In this document: positions 1 to 15,739 of the stretch, one piece after another
Numbering within the stretch: the stretch's first letter is position 1
How the letters are laid out: every line of letters begins with the position of its first letter
Source: Basidiobolus meristosporus CBS 931.73
Taxonomy: Eukaryota > Fungi > Basidiobolomycota
Length of the DNA: 64,000 nt
Assembly (NCBI GenBank): GCA_002104905.1
Contig: MCFE01000180.1
Location: forward strand, 77,691 to 141,690
Direction: 5' to 3'
Position numbers and translations under genes: made by a program
Notes under the pieces: generated by a model
What the model saw: only the letters and a program-made list of their open reading frames with translations
The model's database searches: none
Told to the model about the DNA's origin: nothing

Positions 1-3000
1 ACAAGAAAAAGGTCTTTGGGATATTATCATGGGAGAAGAATGCCCTCCTAAAAACATGGGAGAGGAAGCCTTAAAGTACCAGAAAAAAGAACAAAGTGCC
101 TTTAACTGCATTTGCCTTAATGTTAAGGACAAATTGCAATTCAATGCTCAAGAGCAAAAACAGCAAAGAATGCCTGGAGGGCATTAGAAGACACCTACCA
201 GTCATGTTCAGCTGCTCACAAATGTATCTGAGACAAAAGTTCTTTACTACAAAGTTGCTGCCAGGATAAGAAATGAAAAATATAATTAACAGAATTACCC
301 TGCTGGTAGATGAAATGGAATCAGTGGGTGTACCAACTACTGATTAGGATGTGATAGTTACAATCCTGAATAGCCTGATAGACAAGTTTCAGGGCCTTGT
401 ATCAGCCCTAGAGTCCAGAACTGAAGATTTGACCTTATATTACATATGTGTAAGGCTCTTTGATGAAGAATTACAAAAATCAAGCACCAATAAAAAGGAA
501 GAAGAAAATGCTTTAGTAAGCAACAATAACCAACAAAGGAGGTACCCAAGACCCTACAAAGCCAATAGCAACCTGTTTTGCAACTACTGCAAAAGGAAAG
601 GACACACATCAGACTAATGTCTCAGAAAGAGAGATAATCAGCAAAAGAAGCCTCAATATGGAAATGCCGCAACAACTGAGGATAGACTATTCATATCTGC
701 ACTAAATATGACCGCAAAGAAGGACATTCAGACATGGTATATTGACTCTGAAGCATCTCAACACTTTACACACTAAAAAGAACTTTTTACCCAATATCAA
801 GAAATTTCAATTAAGAAGGTTTTCATGGGTTACAAGAGAATACTTGATGCAGTGGGAGAAGGAACTATCCAAGCAAGCCTAAGAAGCAGTGAAGGATGCC
901 ATACACTGACCTTTAGAGAAGTACTCTATGTACCAGAAATAGCCAAGAACCTACTATCTGTAAGCAAGGACACTGCAGAAGGACTCAGTTTCAGCTTTGA
1001 CAATTCTGGAATCAAGATCACTGATCAAAATGGCGCCCATATTGCTTTGGGTGTCAGAAATCAGAATATATAAAGGATTACTTATATTCAATCATATTTA
1101 GAAGCCAATATAAGTAACTTAAGTGAAGAAACACCAATGCTTTGGCAGAGGAGATTTGAGCACATTAATATTGATTATTTGTACAAAATGAATGAAGATC
1201 AGCTAATTTCTGGAGTAAAGATTGATCCCCCAGCTAATTTTGAGCACTGTGAAGCCTGTATATATGGGAAACAAGCCAGACAACCATTCAAGTGCTTTGG
1301 GTTGATCAATACTAAGAAAAAGTTAGATCTAATTCCCTCAGGTCTGTGTGGACCTATGGAAAATTTATCCTTAGGCAGGATGAAATATTTAGTCACCTTT
1401 GTTGATGATTATACAAGATACAAATAGGTCTACTTCATGGAGAGAAAGGAAGAAGCTCTGCCTAAGCTCAGGGAGCTCTAAGCCATGGTGGAGAGAGAAA
1501 CTGGTGAAAAAATCAAGAAAATACGCTCTGACAATGGTGAAGAATATACCTCATAACTCATCATCCACTTCTGCAAAATTGATGGGATAAAGCAAGAGAC
1601 TACTGTCCCATACTCCCCACAGCAAAATGGAGTATCAGAATGTGCTAACAGATCAATAATTGATATGACAAGATCTATGATCCATGATCAAAAATTATCC
1701 TATGATTTTTGGGTGCAATCAGTTGCCACTGCTGTATGCCTTAAAAACAGGAGTTATAACAGAATACCTTGTGATTCTACTCCATTTGAAGCATGTTGTG
1801 GATACAGACCAAGTGCAGAACATCTAAGAATATTTGGGTGTACAGCATATGCCAAGAAACTGCCTGGAAATCAGTCAAAATTTGAACCAAAAAGTGTAAA
1901 ATGCATATTTTTGGGCTACTGCAATGAGAGTAAAGCATACAGACTCTACAATGCTAAAGCAAAGAAGCTAATCAAGTCCAGGGATGATGAAAATTTAGAA
2001 TTTTTACAAAAAATGACATCAGTTGATGACAAAAATCTGATCTCAAGTCCACCAATTGTCAGGATTGAATCAGAGCAAAGCAATGAAAATTTTATCACTC
2101 CATAGGCCTCTACAACTGTGGTTCAGTCAGAATCAGTGCCCAGGAATATCCCAGAAGTGATCATTCCAGTATCAAATTTGGAGATCCAATTGGACAACAA
2201 AATAGCCTAAATTACTCTAACAATGAGGTTGCAAACTTAGCCTATGCCTATTCAGTCCATATTGATGAGCCCCAGATGGTGAAAGAGGCCCTAAATAGCC
2301 CTCAGACAAAGTTTTGGAGATCTTCAATGACTGAGGATTACCAGGCCCTGATGGAAAATTGAACTAGGGACTTAGTCAAATTACCAATCAACCAAAACTC
2401 AGTTGGATGTAGATGTGTGTTCAAGACAAAATACATGGCTGATGGTACAATTGAAAGATACAAAGCAAGACTTGTGGCCAAAGGATACTCTCAAGCAAAA
2501 GGACTTGACTATACTGAGACCTTTGCACTGGTAGCCAAGTTTAATTCCATCAGATCAATATTGGCTTTTGCAGTCAATTATATGTTCTTTATTCATCTAA
2601 TGGATGTAAAAGCTGCATTTTTGAATGGAGAACTTGCTGAGGACATGTATATGAACCAGCCTGATGGGCTTGTGACCAAGATAAGCTCCATTTGATCTGC
2701 AAGCTTAAATAGTCACTATATGGTCTCAAAGAATCACCAAGAGCCTGGAGTTGCAAGATAGAATCCTATTTGGAATCTTTGAGTTTCAAAAGGAGTAATG
2801 CTGACAATAGCATAAACTATAAGCCAGATAGAGCAAGTCCAGTTCTATTAGCTTTATATGTGGATGATCTTATTATAGCCACCAATAACCAGCAAACATT
2901 GGAAGAGACTAAATCCATCCTATATATAGAGGACAAGTTGTCCAATCTAGGAGAACTCAGTTGCTACTTAGAGATTAAGCTCTCCATAGAGAAAAGTACC

Positions 3001-3648
3001 CAGACTATTACCCTAAGCCAATCAAAGTATATTCAAGATATACTAAAGAAGTACTAAATGGAAGACTGTAAACCAGCAGCTACCCCAATGGAGACAAACC
3101 TTAACTTGGTCAAAGCTCAACCAAGTCAAGAGAGCTTGGTGCCATCTGAAAGCCCTGACTTTCCTTATCAATCTATGGTTGGCTGTCTGATGTATATCAT
3201 GCTTGGAACACGTCCAGATATCTCATATTCAGTGGGAGTTGTTGGCCAACATAATCAGAACTATGGATCTGATCATATTGCAGCAGTTAAGTGGATTTTT
3301 AGATACCTAAAAGGAACCGCTGATATCTGCTTAAGATACACTTATAATGATTCAGAACAGGATCTTGTGGGATACTCTGATGCTGATTGGGGACAAAATT
3401 TGGAAGACAGAAGATCCACCACAGGATACAGCTTTCTTTACTGTAAAGGAGCAATTTCATGGAATTCAAGAAAGCAACCAACTGTAGCACTTTCCACCAC
3501 AGAGGCAGAGTACATGGCAGCCTGTGAAGCTACAAAAGAAGCAATGTGGCTAAGAAAACTTTTTACAGATTTAGGCCTATGTCAAAAACGCCTATTACTT
3601 TATTTCAAGATAATCAAGGATGTATACAATTAGGTAGAAATCCAACTT
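1..3648 (+). mobile_element. Degenerate Ty1/copia internal region (gag-PR-IN-RT-RH), truncated in RNase H
   Basis: ORF fragments carry a CNYCKRKGH knuckle, integrase (CEACIYGKQ, FVDDYTR), RT (RYKARLVAKGY, LYVDD) and RH (GYSDADW, STTEAEY), with many stops and frameshifts. Collinear with the 25260-29943 element. Confidence 0.95.
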
Positions 3649-4389
3649 AGCTGTCTTCCATGTGCCAGCTCATCACATCCATTGCAGACCTGAAGGTAAT
3701 ATTCTTGATGAGATTGGGATATGTTAGTACCTGCAACTTAACTCATCTTCCTATCTCCCCACACATCCGCTCCACAGGAAACTCCCAAAGGGTGAGTCAA
3801 GGCCCAATATTCTCCACACACCATGCAAGATGGAGTAGAGAATGGATACACTAGTGGCAGAGATCTACATGTTCAGCTTTATGATTGTAGTATAGCCGCT
3901 CAAATCCCATCACAAACTCCTCATACAACAGCTTTAAATGCATTAAGTTGCCATTGGTGATCTGCTTCTGGATAAATATTCCTACAATGTCCACATATGA
4001 CTCCCAATGCCTCCAATGTACTCTTGGTAGAAATGGCCTCAGAACACCACATGAATAAGTACATATCTAGTTCATCCAGTCTTTACATTTGTATTGTTGC
4101 ATATACAGGCACTATATTTAAATATTAGCCCTAAAGTAAAACCTATAAAAGCACCTATAGTGCCAGATAGTACCAGTGGACCAAGATAGTGCCATGCATT
4201 ATGGTGAAACACAGGGGCTGATTTGCATGAAGATGCAGAGCTATGTTTTGCAGCCTGTGGCCAAGTATAGGCTCACTTAGCCTTCTTGTCACACTATGGC
4301 ATCATTTGGCACTCATGGCTCAATGTGGCACTATCCAACAGAACAAGTCTAATAATATGGACTCCTCAGGCTCTCAGTGAAGTAGGCAA

Positions 4390-6585
4390 TTGATAACCTC
4401 TGCAGAGCCACAAGCAGACCTTTATGCTCAGGCACATGAGAATGTAGCAAACGCAGTACCCTTAGTTGAAGATCAGCAAGTGGCCATGATAACATCACTA
4501 CCACCCATATTACCAAGTATGCTGTCAGCTCATACCAGAGCATTATTAAAGCAATTTGGTGCAGTGGCTGATAGGATAGATGCACTGGCCCAGAGAAATC
4601 ATAAAATAGTCCAGAAACAGGATGAGCAGATATTATGTGTAGAGCAATCAATATCCCAGGTAGAGAAAGCAGCATCTTTGCTAGAAAGAAAGAACTCAAG
4701 TAGCTCAATGTCACAGCCAAGAACTGAGCCATTTCCCAATGTCACAGCAGAGGAACACTGTACAGTCTTTGAAGCACAACAACAGCACCCAAATATAAAG
4801 CCCACAGAAAACCCTATCACAGTGTGGGAGGGAGATAATAGGTGTTTATACTAAAGCTTAAAAATCAAAAGACATTGAAGATCTGTGAAGCCATTGAGTG
4901 CAATAATGAACAGTGGGCTAATATACAAGATGTTGTCAGAAGTCTACATGCTATCACCTTAAGGCTGGTATACCATGGGACCATCAGGAACTCAAGGCTA
5001 AGCAGAATGTACTTGACTTGTTCCATGAGCATTATCCTAAATTCAAATGGGCAAATGGATTTTGGGCCAGCATTGGTATGCTAAGAAAGTATCTTAGAAT
5101 AGCAGAAACTATCAAAGGCAGAAGAATAAGGGTCCATGGCTAAAAGCCAGCAGCTTCTGCAAAAGCCTGTTACAAGCAGGGCCAAAAGCTCCAGATAAGC
5201 ATTAAAGAGATGTCAGGTGGCTGGCAGAGTGCCAATTAGGGACAAGCAGGCAGACACAGATGCACCAGCACAATATATATCAAGTGACAAGTATAGTACC
5301 AATCAAGAAGCGCCTAGCCAAAGTAGCAGTGAAGGACCTGGCAGTGATAAAAACCAACTGCTCTTACAGGAACCCATTGCAACTTTGGTTGAGAGCTCAA
5401 AACAAGCAGGAAAGAAACACTAAGTTGCCAGCAGAGTGACAGCAAGGGACCAGCAGGCCAATACAAATGTGTCAGAGCAGAATTTATCCAGGAGAAAATG
5501 TAGTTCTTTACAAGAAGCACTCAGACAAAGTAGCAGTGAAAGACCTGGCAGTGATAAAGGAAACGGTAAAGGGAAAAATGTCTACCCAAGCCTGAGACAG
5601 GGATGCATGCAAAAAAACTGCAGTTCTTGCCAATTAAAGCTGCAAGCCAGGAACAGACTGAATCCCATCATAACCAAGAAGAATTACCAACAAGAAAACA
5701 GTGTTTCACAAGAGTTAGAAGCGCAGCCAGTTGAGCTATACTCCAGCAAGGTAGATGAGTTTGCTGAAAAAGACAATTTGTCTACCACAGCCTCCACAAC
5801 CTCCATTGTTGACAGAGTGGAGATCCCACTGACAGACAAGGCTACAATGTCAAGAGCTCAAAAGACTATCACAATGCCTTCAGTGGAGTTTTGGAACATC
5901 AATAGGCACACCAAGAGGTTGCAGCACTTCTTCAAGAGCAGTGCTCAAGAAAATGCACTGGAATATTGCAAGGATTTATTGCAAAGACTGGCAGACAAGG
6001 AGCTAGACCTTGCAGTGCTGGCTGAAGGCCAGGACATGTGGGAACCAGTAAATCAACAGTGGCATATAGCTGTTGGGTTCCTGCCAAAGTTGTGGAACCA
6101 GAGCGTTACAGCAGAAATACTTATTGAGTGGTGGATTTTAATGGAGTTACTTGATGAGTGTGGGGCTGGGCTTAATGTTAGTGTAGGGTATAGTGACCTG
6201 TATTGGTCAATACAATTGGTAATTGAGGTATAATTGAAGTTTCAACAAAAATATATCAATTTGTATGCATGAAATGTAAGAGAAACAGTTGAGTCAGGAA
6301 GTAAGGAGTATGAAAAAGAGGCAATAGCCAATCAATTCACTCAAATGTAGGAGGTGATAGAGTGTCTGGGATCAGAAAGTGAGCAAATTGGCATGGAACC
6401 AATCAAAAGCCACTTATACATTGTTGTGATGAAAAATTCTGACTAAGTTTTTTGTGAAATCTGGGGTGCAAATATTTTTCAATAGTCTCTGGACAGTGTC
6501 CTAACAAGATCAATACCTCTTAGTCATGGGAATTTAACCTTGTGATGGCCTTTTGATGGGATCATCTCAATAATTCTTCATAGGG
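4390..6585 (+). mobile_element. Partial copy of a CCCTA-TIR DNA transposon carrying an ORF of unknown function
   Basis: ORFs 4390-4854 and 5436-6233 match minus-strand ORFs at 47277-48826. Ends in the TIR aataattcttcataggg at 6585. Left end not found. Confidence 0.7.
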
Positions 6586-8844
6586 AGACTTTCCAGTGCA
6601 TTATTTACTAAGGAAGAAATGAAGTAGAATACAAGAAGAACTCAGACAATGTAGCAGTCAAGGACCTAGCAGTGGTAATGGTAAAGACAAATGGAAAGGG
6701 AAAAGAAAAAAATCTTTCAAGCTTGAGACAGATAGGCATTGGAAAAAGCCGCAGTTCTCTCAATTAATACTACTAATCTAGAACAGTCTGAATCTTATAA
6801 CAACTAAGAAGAAATTACAAGTATACAACAGCTTTTATCTCATGAGTCTGAACCACAGTGAGTGGAGTAACATTTCGGTGAGGTAGATGAGTTCTTGGAG
6901 CAAAGCAGTTTGCTAACTATGGCCTACATAACCTTGATTGTGAATAAACTAGAGATTCTATGGACAGAGAGAGCAACAGCATCCAGAAATTAGAGGACTA
7001 CAGAAGTTTTGAAAAGTAATAGGCACACCAAGAGGCTGAAGCATAACTTCAAAAGGAGTATTCAAGAATACACACTTGAATATTGCAGAGATATATTGTA
7101 AAGACTAGCTGATGAGGTGCTTGGCCTTACATTACCAGCTCAAGGCCAGGATATATGGAGACCAGGGAATGGACAATGGCATAAAGCTTAAAAGCTGCCA
7201 CCAAAGTCAACAAAAAAGGGAGTGTCATAAAGACTTAAGAAGACTAACACAGGGCTATTAGATCTGTGCCCAGAGTTTTGTCTGTATAACCAATCCAGAT
7301 ATCTTGGCTATCAAAGACCAGGAAGAGGCTATTTAGAACCTGCTATTGAAACCTATAAAAGTTATGAACAACTATGTTCAAGTGTTTTGACAGTACCTTG
7401 ATGCCATTGTAAAGGTCTGATCAAGATAGACTCACTGATAAAAACAAATTTTTTCATCAGTCTAGTGATGGTATATGCTGAGCAAACACTTAAGAAATGG
7501 CCAGCAGAATACCATTATGATATCAACTGAATTCCAAGCTTTTTAGCACTGAAAACTGTCAATATCTCAGTTCCTAGTTGTTGAACAGACAAGAAGCCAT
7601 ATTTATGAGGAGGGGACTGGGCCCACTTGCACTTATACCAGATTTGGTAGTTGGCTACCAGCTACTTACATCACAAATTGCAACTTAAACTTTACAGGAG
7701 AAGCATCAGCTGAACACCATCAAAACACCATCTGAATGCCAGCTTATTACCAGCTGAAATCAGACAAGTTCCAAGCTTGAGATTTTTTATAGGGATATCT
7801 AGCTTTTTCATTGCACTGGAGATTATGTAATTCCTCCATATATGTTTATTGGTCACCAAAGTGGTAGCAATATGTGCTCTAGATGGGTAGTGACACTCTA
7901 TCTGTTAAGGAGATGCTAGTGGATATTAGGAGTTATGTACCAGGAATATGATCAGACAATCAGCAGATATTCATACTAAAGACTTATTCAACATTTGTGG
8001 AATACTAGCAGAGATATATGGCTTAATAGAGTTTTTACTTGAAGTATCATAGGTTCCAGCTTTTTACAGGAAAAATAGGTATATATCCCACAAATTGCTG
8101 TGCTTGGCAACTCTTGTATGAAATCTCCCCAAGAAAACAACTTAGGAACAGGCCATCAGAATACTATCCTTATGTCAGCAGAATTCCAAGTTCTTCAAAG
8201 CTGACAACCCCCAGTATCCTGGTACTAGCTGTTGGACAGACAAGCAGACCTATTTTCCAAGAAGTGACTAGGCCAATTGGCACTCATACCTAAGTTTGGT
8301 AATTAGCCACTCACAACTTGCATCAAAAATAGCAACTGAAAATTTGAACAAAAAAAGCCAGCTGAAACCAGATGAATTTCAAGTTTAAGATTTTCATAGT
8401 AATTTTGTAGTAACCAAAACACAGATTCTCCAGAACAGGTTTACTCCAGGTCAGAGTGAAACATCAGTATATTAACAGAGATGTGCCAGCACAATACTGC
8501 CAAGCGCAATATAAGATCCAAGCTTACTACTTTTTATGCAGTATATGATAGAACTTTACTGATATATTGAGTGGCAATACTATATAATAGTGGCAGATTT
8601 GAATACTGGATGTTACATTAGCTTAATGAACTGGATTCCAGCTTATGATCATCTCCAGAGTATGTGAGCAAGGTGACAGCTCACTGGAGGAGCTCAAAGC
8701 TTTTTGAAACCCTCCACAATTTTTGCAATTCTATTGAAAGAAAGAAAATGGAACAGATTGCCACAGTGCTAAGGATGTTCCAGCTGATTTCTTTCAGTTA
8801 TCACTTTGAGATTCATTAGCTCTCACATCTCTATCATGATATTA

Positions 8845-9163
8845 CACTAAGAAAAAAATAAGAAAAGGCCAGCAAAATACCATCATAATATCAGCTGAAT
8901 CCCAAGTTTCTCAAAATTGACAACTCTCCATATCTCTGTTGTTAGCTTATGAGCAGGCAAGCAAACAAACTCTCCAGGAGGAGACTAGGCCAACCACCAT
9001 CCATATCAAATTTGGTAATTAGCTGCCCATTACTTCCATCAAATATTGCATTTGAAATTTTGAACCAAAAACACTAGCTGAATACCAGCAAAATACCATT
9101 AGAATACCAGCAGAATACCAGCTGAAAATCAGATGAATTCCAAGTTTAAGATTTTTCATAGGG
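8845..9163. mobile_element. MITE-like non-autonomous element of the CCCTA-TIR family
   Basis: Termini cactaagaaaaaa / atttttcataggg, flanked by ATTA on both sides (8841-8844, 9164-9167). Related internal sequence at ~8200-8400 and ~31527-31810. Confidence 0.7.
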
Positions 9164-10507
9164 ATTAATATGCAATCACTGGCTATGTACCACTTGAGAT
9201 GGTTTGACCTTAGGAGTTCCATAATTGCATTGTAGCCTGGTCTACTTACACTGATTAGAGATATTGAGTATGTCCAAATTCCTGGCATCAGCACAGGAGC
9301 ATTCTCAGCATGTTGAAGCACTATTTTGGCAATGGTGTACAAGATACACTAGCGTAAAGTCCCAACTTTGCAAATTGACAGCTAAATGCTGGATGATACA
9401 CAGAAAACTATATATTACCTGCAACCCCAAGGATCTGGACAAGGTACGATTTAGTCACCTTACAAGTAAGAGTCAACGAGACGGGATCATGGAGCGGCAT
9501 TAAAGTGCCTCCTTTTTGTTTGGTATCTCTAGATCTGCACTTCCAACTATCGCGCCATTCGCAGATTCACAATCCCGCGTGTCAGAGCTAGATCAGCGTA
9601 GAAAGGCTGCAAATAGATATCTATCCATCTAAGGATTGGCAGACTCTCATGGTCCAATAGACTTCTCCCTAGCCGTAGCCACCATTAGCCCACCCGCTGT
9701 AGAGAGAAGTTCAACCAATCCAGGCAGCACCAGCCATTTATAATTCTCAAAGACCATCGGGACCATATTGGATAGTGGGCAGTCTCCATGGATCGAGGGA
9801 GGGCCAGATGCGGATGAGCAGAGGGTTTAGATATCAAGTCATTTGGAAGAGCCTACCCCATCGCGGAGCCTGAAGGAGGCGGCAGGACGAGTCTTCTGCG
9901 GATGAATGAGCACCGGATCAACTATGGTCAAACCCAAGGGAAACACACGCTAGGCCAGTGATGCATAGACTTTGTCCAGCCCACCTTACCGTGCTGGCGC
10001 CACCTCATAGATCCATGGCTGCATTGGTTTATTCGATGCTCGATGCTCGGGATGAATGCGCTCATCAAGGAACGTAATGCTGGCATCCCGATCAAGTGAT
10101 CACTCAACCAGGTGTCTTGGAACAAGTATCACTTCCGGTTGGCCCGTGGTGACGATTCCACACGACAACCCGGTGTCCAGTGCGATGTGGATGTGGATGT
10201 GGATGTGGGAAGGTTCGGCTTGATCGCACACTTGGTTGGCTGAGATTCAATTCACTAAGTGGGACTGCATGTATACCATCTGGTCGCGGTCGATGCAAGC
10301 GTCTCAATCAACGGTTTCTGATGAGGTGTTGACATCCCGACTGTCCGAGAATAGTCATCCTACATGTTCATTGGATCCCACTCTGGGCCCAATCAGTTCG
10401 CCTTGTCACGTCCCATGGCTACCAGTCTTAAAAGCCCAGTGAGCTTCGCGGGGGAAGAGAATCTCCTTCCCTGTGCCTTGGTCCGCCCATTCTTGTTTGC
10501 ACGCAAC

Positions 10508-10916
10508 ATGACTCGCTCTCGAAGAAGCACCAACCCATCCGCCCTGAATCAAGAGCGCCACATTAATCGGTAGGTAGCGCGTGGACCATGACAGGGCAGG
10601 TTGACGACTAAAGTGCTCCACAGAACTGGATACCAGGATCCACGCGGCCTTCCCAAGAAGGAGGGTGGTGGCGGGTTTAACTGGGGACGACCGGTTGACG
10701 AACTCGAAGTGGAGAGCGCGGAAAACTCGGTGGAACTGCAATCGATCACGAGGAAGCGGTCGTTGTCCGACTCGAAACTTCATGTCAGTGCATTTCTGAT
10801 CGGCTAGCGGCTGAGCAGCATTTCCTTCCCTCCTCGCCAGCATTGCCCCACTTGCTAAATCCATGTTTTAGGTGGTCGACTCGAAACTCTTCCAGGAGAT
10901 CAGCAAAACGAGCTAG
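10508..10916 (+). CDS. STF2/TMA10-like small protein (2 predicted introns)
   Basis: Splicing 10570-10623 gives MTRSRR...HINRTGYQDPRGLPKKEGGGGFNWGRPVDE, resembling the STF2 motif HTG..KK.GSGKGNWGKPGDE. Second intron ~10784-10871. Confidence 0.6.
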
Positions 10917-11353
10917 CGGCGCCCCGGCTGGCTGGTTGTTTAGTTAATGCGAATATCTCTTGAATGTCACACTCTGGCCTGATTTGAATTAAAGCGTACT
11001 TCTAACAAACCAATGCCCATTGGGGACTTCCTCATGATGTTGATATGTGCACGCGAAATGCTAAGCGAGCCAACTCGCCACGGTGGGGGCATGTAGTCCC
11101 TCTTGTTCGCAGCAGTAAAATGATGGCCATGGTCGCATCGCATCCATTGGATCGCGGCTTAGTCAGGTCAGATTAGGCTGCTTCCCGAGATCTGATCTGA
11201 AGCACCCAATGATCTCGCTGCATGGTCACCTCTTGCTTGCTCAGAAACTTTTGGTGTTGCCAAGCCTATGAAGAGCAATATTACATCACCTCCGAAATCC
11301 ATATCATGCCACAACCAACGTTATGCCGCTCTCTGTTACCTACCAGCGCTTAA

Positions 11354-12745
<1,392 letters not shown>

Positions 12746-14168
12746 TGCTAGTAAATAAGGCCATCGGAAGTGTCTATCAGGGCCCATGTAGTGTTCCACG
12801 GCACCCCACCAATCGTCAGGTAGCACTTGAGCTGATCAATTGTACCCGACCCAGCAGTTGGTTGAGCCACAAGTTTTGAATAAAGATCACACATGTGGTC
12901 GTGAATCAGCGTAGAAGTGGCACAGATAACCCTCGCCCTATACCACCAGCCCCGTTTAGAATGGCAGTCATCCTCGGGATACTCCGAGTGAACACCCAAT
13001 CGCCTGGATGGGTTGGTGTCTGGCGTATATCGCAAACATCTGCACGGTGTTTGAGATATGCTCTACGGTAATTAATTTAGTTGGCTGAGGCGGCTCGGGA
13101 TGGCCACTTTCTGTACCATTGGCGCATTGTTGTTTCTTTCAGACTGACCGAGGAGCACCATCCTCGCCCAATGTAGAATCGCTTGGTACTGAGGCGATTT
13201 CCTGGTATTGTATGAGTCGTATGTATCATGTTCCAGAAACTCATCAGCCATTTAAGCCCTACACGACTCAGGGGGCGCGGTGCCAAATGGGTGGCTATGG
13301 CTGGAGTGGGAAATCAGATGTATCTACGCTATGGGTGACATTGTCGAGCTGGCTCCCCAGTGACCAGGGCTGCGAGTCTATCACGCCACGCATTAGGGGG
13401 CCGATCGCTGAGGAAGGGTTTCTCGCGTTTCGTTAGCGTTTGCCGTATCTAATCTGAGAAAGCCGACTCGTGACACCCAAGCCTTGCACAAGCAGCGGGC
13501 TGCTCCTACATGACGCTGAGGGGAAGTTCGCAGACGTGGTGAACTCATACCGCCTCGGTCCCTCGACACATGCAGTACCGAAGGAGCGCACCCTCCTTGC
13601 ATCTATTGGAGTGCATAGATGATGCAGCCTTCTTCTTAATAGATTCGATCACTCTCATGAAGCAGCCCAGAGCATTTGGGGTAGCACATGCAGCAGAGAG
13701 GAATGATCTCACAGGATGCAGATATTGTCGCCAGCTGAATAACGGAGGTTGGGATGGGATGAATGAGGGCACTGGCTATTATCCAAATCCAACTTAATTG
13801 GATCTCCAATGGCCATGGAAGCACCATCGCTCATTTATACATTGTAGTGTGAATCACAAATGAAAATATATTGATGTTCTATTCCGGTTGTTGATCCGGT
13901 CTGATAGTTCTTGTGCGACGAGGAAAATCATTCTCCACCCATCAAAATCCCGTATCGATATATGAATATGAGCCAGCAGGATATTAACTAAAACCTAATA
14001 TAAAACTGTCTCATGGCTGGTTGCTACGGAACTATTTCGCCCTCTTTCTCCAAAAACCCTCCACCTAAAGCATTAGGTGGCAACCACTCATCCGAACAAA
14101 CAGCTTTCTCCTCTCCCTTGGCCCATCTTCCTCAACTCCCCTGCTTGACTGTCTTCGTTTTGAACACT

Positions 14169-15739
14169 ATGAACAATGTTACTCATGACTTTCGTCAGGA
14201 CCCAGATGAAAAACCTGGCTCCCCTTCTCCCTCACTGACCGACACCAAAAGTAGTACAGTCTCTACCTCACCCATAGCTACTCCGACCCCATCTCGACGA
14301 CTCAGCTACTCCTCCAGCTCTACACCACCAAGTCCAGGTACTTTGACTCTGGTTAGCTTGAATTGGTGCTAGGAGGCGTTACTTATGTTTGGTCCCCTTA
14401 AAATAGGCGTCAAAAGCGCACGCGCCTCGCCAAGGTCGCTTCGGCGGTTCGGCTTCATCGATTCCCCGCAACGTATTCCTAAGCTAGAGCCAGAGGAGCG
14501 CCCACTTTTCCCACTTTCCCCGCAAAGAGCTACGCCAGTCAAGCAACCGCCAAAGCCCAGGCCCGAATGGAATAACCATTTTAGCTCCTCTTGGTCCGAA
14601 CAGTAAGTGTCATCACAATTGGTTGTCTGAGGGGATGATGGCTTATCCAAGCTTTGCGAACTAGGGGAAAGGCCGGCGGCCCAGGAATGTCGCCAAGGGT
14701 ACGAACCCCAAGCTTGGTAGGCCCAGAGACGACAGTCACTAACAAATTGGCGGAGCCGAGGTAAGATACTATGTGGTCACCAAACAACTCGAGTGGCGGC
14801 TCATTAACATGGGCGACCTTCAGGAGCACGTTGAAACGAAAGAATTCCACCTCAACCCACACGACTGGAGGCTCCGATGACAGCGCACTTGTGGAGGTAT
14901 GTGTGGTGGACAATGGTTAGCTCTTCTGCTCATTAGATTGACCCGCCATATGGATCTAGAAATTGCAACGCAAAGTGAGCAAGCTCCATGACAGGATTGA
15001 CTCGGGTAACTATGAGTGATGTCTCTATAGCGCTGCTCCTCAGGCACTCACCGATCTGACATTTACAGAGATTCAGAAGCGAGACACGCTGTCCCGTAAC
15101 CTGATGATCGAGCTAGCATCCCGCAAACGCTTTGAAGCAGAATCGCGTAGCAAGGACCAGACCATCCGAGAACTCCGTAGGTGTTTCCAATGAGCCCTCC
15201 CGCGATATTCATTGCTAACCCAAGTTGCAGGTACAATGCTTCGCCAGATCTCCCAGAACTACGAAAACCTGGTGATCACCAGCGATCGCTGTGAGCGGGA
15301 CTTCGACAATCGACTCAAGATAGAACGCGAATTTCGAATCCACCTCGAGGGCCAGGTGAAGCAGCTGTCCTCCATGCTGGCCCCCGATGTCATGATCCGG
15401 ATGCTGGAAGACCAACTTGAGGTATTTCATTGGCATGCACGTATTGAGCAACGAGACGGAGGCTAATGAGTGGCCCTTGTAGACCATGGAGATGTACGAG
15501 AAGACGATGAGCCCAGATTCCTGAAGAGAGTTGGGCCGCGATCTCAACCGTCAGCCTTGTGGCCGGTCCACCAGCAGTTTACAGTATCCAGCTCCATAGG
15601 CATCGTTCTCTTTGTATATAACAGATGGGTTACCTCGGATCTCCGGCCCCACGTGTATGGCCTCCCCAACGAAGAGACAATCATCAGCCTGGCAGGCCCA
15701 ACCAGTGAGTGTCCGGCGGATGTCGGAATTGTCTGGTAG
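14169..15739 (+). CDS. Multi-exon protein with Ser/Pro-rich N-terminus and coiled-coil C-terminus, unknown function
   Basis: Spliceable exons KLQRKVSKLHDRIDS / EIQKRDTLSRNLMIELASRKRFEAE / MLRQISQNYENL...LEGQVKQL. Ends uncertain. Confidence 0.5.

Noticed and set aside
10184-10207. (GATGTG)4 microsatellite / PH-repeat ORF at 10104-10307
   Set aside because: Short simple repeat with no recognisable protein.
12748-13830. Cluster of short ORFs
   Set aside because: No recognisable motifs or consistent exon structure.
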